A DNA stretch of 44,359 nt, filler included, from Catajapyx aquilonaris (lineage: Eukaryota), in assembly GCA_000934665.2 (NCBI GenBank). It is 2 parts of 2 records of this genome, joined end to end, with 100 filler letters (N's around TTAATTAATTAA, not from the genome) between each part and the next. Parts side by side here need not be neighbours in the genome. Positions count along the whole stretch, not along the records: positions 22,235 to 44,359 come from JYFJ02005914.1; 1 more part is not named here. The stretch is one strand, 5' to 3'. Under the pieces are notes generated by a model that saw only the letters and a program-made list of their open reading frames with translations, made no database searches and had not been told where the DNA came from. A program made the position numbers and the translations under genes. Positions 35,598 through 44,359 of this stretch are shown one piece after another (within the stretch, counting starts at the first letter, position 1; every line of letters starts with the position of its first letter).

Positions 35598-38558
35598 ATC
35601 AAATTACCAATACGCAATACCAGTTGGCCCATAGTCTCTCCATCTGCACACTGCTGCCACTATCAGAGCAAAAGTAGTACTACATGCACGTTGGTGATGA
35701 GTCACTGGCTGGACAAAGTCCACCAGGGTACTATACTATTAAATAATGTTGAACAGGGAAAGTGAAAGCTATGGTAACTACTATCTAGGTAATGGGTCAA
35801 CTTGTTTAAGGGGTGGAGTCACACATTGTTAATTTGTTAACGTATTATGATCATATATAGAATTGGCTAGGCCTGACTTTGTCCATATACACCTAGGTGC
35901 ATGCAGACAGAAGTACTTGGCTGGATTGGAGTTTGAATTTTATGTCGACATCGAAGTGAGGCCTAAAGTGAACTGATAATGCAGACAAAATGAATACAGG
36001 TCCAAAAATGTAGTTGCATAAGTCAGATTGATTAACAAACATTCGGCTTACAATTGTGAGGGAAAAGTTGCAGTAATTGCGTTTTAAATAATTACAACAT
36101 GTTTGACGTAAATTTTTGAGAAAAATGAGTACCGGTATTGCATGCGTCTTTACGTAAAGTATCCAGCAATCTTGACGTTTAATCATTTTTTCCCTCCTCC
36201 CTATTCTCAATATGCGCAACCAACATACAAAGGGAATTTTGCACAAACATTGAAGAACAAGCAACAAACAATTTCTGATAACGCATTATGAATTTATATG
36301 CACAAATCACAGATTTTGCTTTGACATACCGGTAACGACATATCACAAAAATTGACTGGTAAATGTTAAGCCACCTACTATGAACATTACTCTTGCCAGT
36401 TTCCTCTATGTGGCTAGACAGCACATGCCAGTTAATTGATGAGGATTTCTATTGTTGATAACAGACAAAACTGGGGTAACCTTGACATTCACAAAAACTA
36501 TTGCTGCCAACATGTCGTTTGCAGCGCTTCAGCTTTTGTTGCATTGGAAAACACCTGGGGGTTGAAAAGGTTAAGCGGTGAATATGTCTGCGGTAGCTAT
36601 GCCAACAGCTGGGCGAGAGATTATCAGGCAAAACAGCACATATTATCCCTGCACAAGTGGTGCAGAGACTTTGCATTTTGAACTGCGACAATGATGGATT
36701 AGCTGGAAAGAAAAAAAAAAGTCAATGAGAGATATGTCAATTCAGTTTTTATTTTCACCTTTGCGTGCGTAGTTTTTTTTTTAAAGATGTATCCAGATGG
36801 AAAGACAACAGTATCAAGTAAAGCACATTGACCGTTGAAAATTCGCATATTTTGCTATGACCAGCAAAGGAGAGGGCTCGTTATTTTTCAAAATTCCTTG
36901 TTCGCTTAGATATGTACCGTATTGCAGTGTAACAAAAAAGTGTGCAACATATCAGTTACATAACTACTGTACAAGCTAGTAATTTTTCTTCTCTAAACTA
37001 TATATAGACAATGCAACATCTTTTTTTTTTTTCCTTTATAAAATCACAACCCTCTTCTTGAATTGGTTTTATGTCTAGCACACAGGATAAAAGTACCATT
37101 TTTATAGCAAGCGTTACTTGCTATAAAAACTCATTATCACCCATCACTACGTTTACGCTTTCTTAAAAACTGCGCAGTGCACTGACTTTTATTAATTGTC
37201 GACCATCCTTGGCAGTAAAGGCCACCCGTCGCTGAGCAATTTTATTTTTGAGAATCACATTTTCGAGACCCAGAATGATGAAGCACATCAAGCGAACCCT
37301 ACCCTGATCATCCCATTTGAGAAGCACCCATTGTCACAATAATTGGTTCTTCAATTAGTATACAGAAAAAAAGGCATGCAAATTATGCAGTTGCCCTTTA
37401 ACAAAACCTGTTGAGCGGATCGGTTCGATGGCAAGTTAATTTTTCGATCCAAATCAAGGGGAAGTAGGACATAGTAGGAAATATTATACACATGTTTCTT
37501 ACTTGTATAATACACACTGAATTTTTATATCAGGTGTGAAAGCAGCAGAATTGTTTTGATTTAAATACTGCTCCACAATTAATTCCACGTGATTGGAAAT
37601 AACAAATTTTTTTCTGGTCTCCTACCTCATGTTTACATTCTCTAATCACAACCAGTTCTTTACAAGGGGGCAACGACTGACCAACATTTACGCTCGTCAA
37701 CCTGGAAACCCTAATCTGGGTTGACTGCGCATTCCAACGACTCCCTGAAAAAAAATAATATTGACCCCAACAACAAGCTAAGCCGCACTTGAAAGTTGTC
37801 AGGCGACTGAACCATTCCCAAATCCACGACCCATTCACAAAATTCTGACCAAGGTTGACGGGCATGCGGGTAGCACATACCTATGATAATGAGTACTGGG
37901 TCGTATAAATTATGGATGGCAAGTGCTCTTTTGGAAGAGAAAGTTCAATGATCTCTCTATTATAAAAATGTATTACAGTAATGTGGGGTTGTAAAAGCAG
38001 GTCTCTTTTGAAAATGGGACAAAAATTAGACCCATGTGTCCTTGAGGCTTATGCAATGTGTTATATAAATTTGTCATACCCTGTAAAAGTTATAATAAAT
38101 GTTGCACAAGCTCCTAACGATATGTAACAGCAATAGGGTAACCGATCTTTCCAAAGCTTCCACCCCACGTAACTTTTACTTTTCATGCTAATATCACCTT
38201 ACCAATAACATGCTACAAAATTTCACTTTCAATTATGCGAATGAAAGCATCTCACTTTCTTTAACATGCACACAAATTACCTGCGTTACGAGCTGGCAGA
38301 GATTTCTCCAACAGGCCCTTAAAAACAAAAACAAGCAGAAGAATTTGTTCTATATTATAGTTGATCTCGACAACTACCAGCAATACCGCGTCCCATAAAA
38401 TTACAGTTGCATTGCTCGAAAGTCTATTACTGCCAAGGACAGGTCAAGATATGAAAATTAAAGCCGGTCAGCAACTGGCTTTTTTTCTTCTTCTTTCTTA
38501 TCCTTATTAGAAATGTCACAGCCTCAGACTAGTGATATTCCTGTTTAAGTTTTGTTTC

Positions 38559-39189
38559 CAGTGTTGGGAAATTACTGAGTCAAGTAACAAGTTATTTGTA
38601 ACTATAGCAGTTAACGCTCTGAATCTCATTTGTGTATCAGCTTCATCCAACAAAGTCAAGTAAAAGTCACTAAACTCACTAATTTCCAGTGCAGTGTTTT
38701 TTATTTAAATTCCACTTTTCCTAACTGTCTAATCAACAGTATTAATCAAGGACTCGTTAGGCTAACTTTAGCAAGATCTCTATTGCAATTTCTGTCAGGA
38801 TGTCAGTCGAGTTGCTGATGAAAGGCATCTTGCAGTCTAGTTATATCATAACCGGAATGAAGCAAAGTCAGGAGTAATTTTCACAAGCTTTCACTGCGGA
38901 AGCTTTCTCTTATGCATATATTACCATATCGTATTGTTTTAAGGTAGTGCCTATTAATAAAGTTGAGGTCAGTTTCCTCGTTTTTCATGACAGAATATTA
39001 CAATGCATCATTAAACACACTATAAAACACAACCAATATTGCCTTCAGGCTGCTGCCCTGAGATAAGTGATGTGCAATCCCTTTACTTGTAACGTCAGTA
39101 AGAAAAATGAATCTGCACTGTAATGTGGTATTACCTACTTACAATAATTTGTGTAACTATAGTCACTTTGATTACATTTCCCAACACTG
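38559..39189. mobile_element. Non-autonomous DNA transposon (MITE), 631 bp
   Basis: Perfect 14-bp TIRs CAGTGTTGGGAAAT (38559-38572 and 39176-39189), flanked by direct repeat GTTTC (38554-38558 and 39190-39194). Subterminal GTAAC/GTAACTATAG motifs; no transposase ORF. Confidence 0.85.
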
Positions 39190-39245
39190 GTTTCCTTCTG
39201 TTTGATTGCCATGCAAAAATAAGTGGTCTATTTGGTAATGTGTGA

Positions 39246-41054
39246 TCATCTGTGCCATGCATGTCCTGTTTCCATAAGAGCCTTTCGGGTTAGGCTTTCA
39301 ATCTCATGTATGAGGTTCTCAGTCTCGGCATCGGCTTCACTCCTAACCAGGTTCGAAGAGATGTGATCCTGCAAGATGTCCTCGGTGTCCCACTCCAGAG
39401 AGTTGGAACTCGAGCCTTGAGAGCGGACTGTGTTGCTGCGTGAGTCTGCCACAGATGACGATGGTCCCATGGAGCAGATGGGCCTCGGCAGGACTCTCGA
39501 TTTCAAGAGATCAGCCTCCGAGGCTGATGGCACCATTGAGAAAGTCAAGGCCATTTCTGCTGGGTAAAATCAATGCAGCAGGAAATGAGGTCACGAAAGG
39601 GTTCCACTCTTAAAATCACAATCGTTAAAAGTTATTCAAATAAAAGCAGAGAGTTTGTCTGTATGTCTGGGCTACCTAGCACACTGATGGCTTACATGCT
39701 GCTAATTGAGGGAAAAGTTTGGTATGCCAACTAGTTTATTAAAATAATGAAACTGCAGAACCTGATAAAAGCAAAGCATCCCGTGAAACAGTTATTGTGT
39801 TAGGAAATTAATTGCAGCCACTGACCTTCATTCTCCCACTCCAAATCCTCGAGAGATCCATGCGGTGTCTGACTAGCAGCTCTAACGCCTTCCCATCTCA
39901 TCAGGTTAAGTGCATCTAAAGGCTGGGTGCGCCTGTGGAATTTAAAGCAACCACATGTGTTGGTCATCAGTTTTTTTTAAAGCTCTTCCAACACATTATC
40001 GGATTACAACAATTCCCATGACGACTCCCCTTTAACTAGATTCTGCTGTTGAAGTCGTAAATATTAATCAAACGTTTGGGTAGGAACTATTCAAAAATTC
40101 CTTGTGTTTCCAAATTTAAAGAATGTCAATATCTGCGACTGTCTCATGGGGCGCTAATTTACACTTGCCCCTATCGCCTCACCAGTTAATGTAGCAAACT
40201 ACGTACACAACCGGAAATCTCATTTAACATGCTCGCTGCCGAATATGTCATTGAGATGACTGAGCCAAGTGTCCGTAAAATATTTGCTCATATGAATGTG
40301 AGACGGATTCTGAATCACACATAGTAAAGCCGCGTTTACATGCTGCAGCAATGAGACCAATTGTTTGGGGTGACAATATTTTGTTACCATGTTCATTACT
40401 TTCGCTCAGTGATGTCCTCCCTGCAACATCGCTGATCAAATTGCTCACATATAAATGCGGGGCTTAATTCCTTGTATCAAGACATGAACAGCAAGAAGCT
40501 GCTTCATTGCATTTTTTGACTTGAAATAAAATTCGCAGGTCAAAATATGTAAACTGAACATACGTGAGTTCGGACGGAGCAGATTCCATGGGCTCAGGAA
40601 CTCTTTGAACCGAGTCCATCTGCAGGCTTTCTTTGAGTTTGGTCCACTGAAATATTAATTTGAATAATTAGGCCTAGGTTACATGAAAATCAATCTGGAG
40701 AACTTATTGCGACAGACCCGAAACCTCCGGAAGGGCAGGTAGGACGAGATGCTTCCGAGCCCTGATTGTTGCGCCTCCTCGTCCTGGAAGGAGTGTGTAG
40801 GGCTTTCCAACTCATCCACAAAGTCGCCAAACTCGACTGTGTTGTCACGCTGGAAATAGTACGTTCGCTGGGAGTGATATTTCCTGCGGCAGAAAAACAT
40901 TATTGATATACAATGCATTAAGCCAAACTAATTCAGCAATGACTCACGGCCAAGATCACAAATCAATACCATTCTGATTCATACTTCCGCAACAATGCGA
41001 CCCTCACCTGCTCTGTTTCCCTACGAAGCAGCAGCGTGCCCAACATGCTCCCAT
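39246..41054 (-). CDS. AP1AR: AP-1 complex-associated regulatory protein (Gadkin/gamma-BAR)-like, 238 aa
   Basis: Exons: 41054-41008 (MGACWARCCFVGKQSR), 40883-40718, 40646-40564, 39932-39826, 39559-39246. All introns are GT-AG and the 717-nt frame is open. The motif order matches human AP1AR as I recall it: N-terminal MG..CC (human MGNCCWTQCF), TVEFGDFVDE (human TIEFENLVES), SLEDLEWENE (human SLDLEWEDEE), SNSLEWD (human SNGLEWEND). The exon 2 donor (CGG|GTCTGT) is the weakest junction. Confidence 0.75.
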
Positions 41055-41380
41055 ACTAACGGCTTCATCTGGGAAGCAGTTGGGAGCAGCCGCCAACTAT
41101 CAGCACGTCCTCATTGTTGCGCAGTCTGAGACTAATTTTGTGAGACTGCCGGCTCATCACTTTGCACCGCAAATGGGCAAAAAAAAAATAAAGTAGCATG
41201 AGGGAGGGCCGAAATTGGGGGAAGGGTGACTCAGACCCCTCTCTCAGCCGTAGAGGGAACTACCTTAAAATCAATACTGGTTGATTACATTGAGGTTTTT
41301 TTTATACGGATGTTGACTGTCAGCAAACTGCATGGGGGGGATAAATATTTGAAAAGCAGATGATTCACTCAAGATCAGTT

Positions 41381-41386
41381 TTTATT
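41381..41386 (-). terminator. Candidate polyadenylation signal of TM9SF3
   Basis: The only minus-strand AATAAA I found between the TM9SF3 stop (41829) and the AP1AR-like ATG (41054). Confidence 0.45.
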
Positions 41387-41828
41387 TACAAAGTCCTGGA
41401 ATTAGCATATTTTTTTTCCCTCACTTCTCCACGATGCAGCCAACATGTCCATATGGCCACAAAATAAACAACAAAAAAATTCACATTATTTTTTTGGGGG
41501 GGTGTACAGCCATTGGAAACAGAAAAAATAATCACACTTTTTTTTTTGGCTAATGATAATAACTCATACTGTGATGTTATGTTTATATTTTGTCAGGGGA
41601 CGGCGGGTAAAAGGGAATTAAAACACGCACGCTTATTTCTAGTATGCAATTGCATTTTTTTGTCACTTGAGAAGGGGCGGGCAAGGGATAAAGAGCAAGG
41701 GGGAAAAAAGTGATAAAACTCTTGGGAATGGCAACGATTATTACTGTCTCGCACTGTCTAAAAAATAATTTTAACTGAACAGGAAACAATAAATAATATT
41801 GGACCCCCCGTTGTTTTTCTTTGCGTCT

Positions 41829-44359
41829 TCAGTCAATCTTGACAGTGCTGTATATCTTGTGTACAAAGATGCTGGTTCCGACGTAACCTACAGTCCCACA
41901 CATTATTCCGAGAGCCAAGCTGAACAGGGCCATGTAGCCAAAGTAGAAGCTGGTCTGGAACAATCCGTACATTCTGTGGGATAGAAGAAGAAAATCGCAA
42001 TTTCAGTAACCATTGCGAATGATGCATATTCGTCAGTTCACGTAAATGCCACAATTCAGACCTAGGACGGAAATTTTGCATGGTGCCTCTTTGTGAACAA
42101 AGCAAATGAAAAAAACCGCACACAGAATTGCAAGCAGGAAGAATATTAGCGTTTGGCTAATTACATGTGAGAGGCAAAGAACAGCTGTGGCCACACCCAA
42201 CCAGTCCGCCTGCTGATAAATAAAATATTTACGTTCTCTACACATGTGCCTCAACTAACAAAAAGAGCTACACTTATTAAGTAGATGTCAACTATAATGA
42301 AGACGACAGCTTGAATCAGGACACATGATTTATATCCACATGAATCTGTGCTCGCTCATGGGAATGTGGAAATATGCAAGTGGAAACATGTGTTTGTCAA
42401 TAGAGCATTCAATGAATGTCACTGGTATAAACTGGGTGCTGAAATGCGACGTCTGGGAATTTCAAGGTCCAGCAACAAACCGCAATATTTGACATTTACA
42501 GGTTTCAACATATTTTTCATGAAAAAGGCTAAGGGCCAATTGTATCAATGCAATCTTATCAGATTTTGCACAGATCATCAATGGCCCTACATAAACCGTC
42601 TATCCAGTAACATCTCCTGAGAAATTATCATACAAATTCTCACAAAAAGTCCATGCAGAATGCAGCGGAACTTTCCAAAGTTGAATTGCCAATATCCTGA
42701 ACAGTTACAAAGGCACAGAACTTTGGTTCGTGACATTAAACTAAAGTTAGAATAATTGAATGTACTGTAACAAAATTTTCCCTTCAAATCATGGCGCTAA
42801 CTTTGTACACCGGCAATCATCCCATTGGGTACTGTATTCACTATTCCCTGGATAACAAACATTAACTTTAATTAGATCAAAGGGACTGCAACTAACTTGG
42901 TTTTGAAGAAGAAGTAGTAGACAGAGTAGAGGTAGACATATCCTGCGGTGGACGCTGCAGCTAGGAATGAGGTCCACTGCCACCGATAATCCTCCGCATT
43001 GAGTAGGAAATAGGTGCACACGATGGTCACGCACACCGTAACCACCACCAGGATTATGAACACCAGCAACATGAAGCCGTACACATAGTAGATCTTGTAC
43101 GCCCAGAATGACGTAAAAATGAAGTACCTGCAAAGGACATAAAGTCAAATCAATAGACATTTGAGGACCTACGATCTTCCGGAACTCACATTTCAATGAA
43201 GATGGATCCAAACGGCAGGATCCCTCCGAGCACAATGATAACAGCTGGCTCCATAAACCACTTCTTCTCAGGAATGGGTCTGGGCACAGCGTTAATTCTG
43301 CAAGGGTAATCTGCCTGACCTGCTAGGTTGCGACCTAGGACTGTGCCCACCAAGGTCAGTGGGAGGATCACAAACAGGCAGATGCAGGTCACAGCCACCT
43401 GAACAGAAAGAGACAACATGTTGTGAGGTTACAGCACATGTACGCAGGAGCCGAGATCGAGGGATTAGTCAAGAGATAGTATAGTGTATGATGGACTTCA
43501 GTTCGCTTCAGTCGTTCTTCATAAGTGACTAATCCCTCAGCAGAGAGTCTTTCATGATAAAACCTTGCACATTTCCCCCCTGGATAGGAATTCAGAATAT
43601 TATACTAACCATAGATCCAAATGGGATAGCCCTGGATGCGTGGTAGTAGATGGCAATGAAATTGATGAAGAAGGCAGTCCCGCAGACGAGGGCAGGCACC
43701 AAGGAAGCCGAGACCAGCATTTGCCTGATCCACAACTTTCCTCCCATGCAGGCATACAGGCTGCCACCAAAGTATCCGTTGACAGGTGAGGTAGCAGCAT
43801 ACACAAATATGGCTGTGCTGAGGAGGGAGCCTCTCTCTGTGTACAGCTCGCCGAGGATGCTGAACACAATCACGCACAGAGTGACCACTGTGATCTGGCG
43901 GCCTGACCCAATCAATGAGGAGAACAGGACAGGGTGAGCAGCAGGACGGAACACATCCCCATGCACTTGTTTCCAGCCGTACTCGTCTCCCAGGTCTCGC
44001 TCCTAGTCAGGAAAGAAGTTCAACCGCATTAGACTATTCCAACAATTTAAAAAAAAATTGCACTTTAGTCAATGGAGTTTAATGCAGGAGCCACTAAAGT
44101 ATTTCCAAATATGCTTGTGAATTAAGACATTGTGTGGCATGTGACGAAAAATATTTCGGCCACTACACTGCATCAATCAAGTTCTACAAGTACAGTGGGT
44201 TTTTCTGGTATTCAAAATGCACATCAAGGGGTTCTGCCTTGCATGTGTACATTACCATATCGTCCATCTCCTCGTCCTTGCTGTAGCGTGCATAATCCTT
44301 CCTAAGTGTTCGCATTAGGATCATGCTCACTAGCCCGACTAGAAATATCACCATCATGA
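41829..44359 (-). CDS. TM9SF3: Transmembrane 9 superfamily member 3, 3' portion (5' end beyond window)
   Basis: Exons: >44359-44256 ([34 protein letters not shown]), 44002-43610 ([20 protein letters not shown]...), 43398-43190 (...[20 protein letters not shown]...[12 protein letters not shown]), 43127-42897 ([11 protein letters not shown]...[11 protein letters not shown]), 41973-41829 ([14 protein letters not shown]...KIYSTVKID*). All introns are GT-AG. Very close to human TM9SF3 as recalled; ends in a KxD Golgi-retention motif. Confidence 0.97.
43459..43538. repeat. 80-bp intronic element with 13-bp terminal inverted repeats
   Basis: GAGGGATTAGTCA (43459-43471) and TGACTAATCCCTC (43526-43538), inside TM9SF3 intron 43399-43609. 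No clear TSD. Confidence 0.6.

Noticed and set aside
38460..38490. Hairpin followed by a T-run, like a rho-independent terminator
   Set aside because: Eukaryotic context with an imperfect stem; no bacterial gene nearby.
40248..40448. 66-aa ORF in AP1AR-like intron 3 as a possible missing coiled-coil exon
   Set aside because: Not coiled-coil-like, no convincing splice sites, and the flanking exons already join in frame.
1..44359. tRNA, rRNA, snRNA, conserved miRNA or CRISPR array
   Set aside because: None recognised by eye and no repeat-spacer periodicity. An Infernal/Rfam and tRNAscan-SE run would be needed to exclude ncRNAs formally.

Overview
Eukaryotic, probably arthropod, genomic DNA (spliceosomal introns, arthropod-type desaturase motifs, TCAKTY-like initiators). 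An artificial 100-nt spacer at 22135-22234 (44 N + TTAATTAATTAA + 44 N) splits the window, so the two halves may not be true neighbours. The left ~22 kb has no recognisable protein-coding gene, only microsatellites, palindromes and a tiny Tc1/mariner-like foldback. The right half carries four minus-strand genes: a truncated acyl-CoA delta-9 desaturase (copy B, exons 1-2 only, cut at the gap); a complete 382-aa paralogue (copy A, 6 coding exons, one GC-AG intron); a 238-aa five-exon gene I assembled by hand that resembles a compact Gadkin/AP1AR; and the 3' part of TM9SF3. The desaturase locus shows paired TATA promoters, candidate upstream non-coding first exons, and repeated HNF4-type DR1 and SREBP-like sites. 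A 631-bp MITE with a 5-bp target-site duplication lies just 3' of the AP1AR-like stop. I found no unambiguous new multi-gene system. The best leads are the Gadkin-like gene and the multi-promoter desaturase pair. Homology calls rest on recalled sequences, not database searches.
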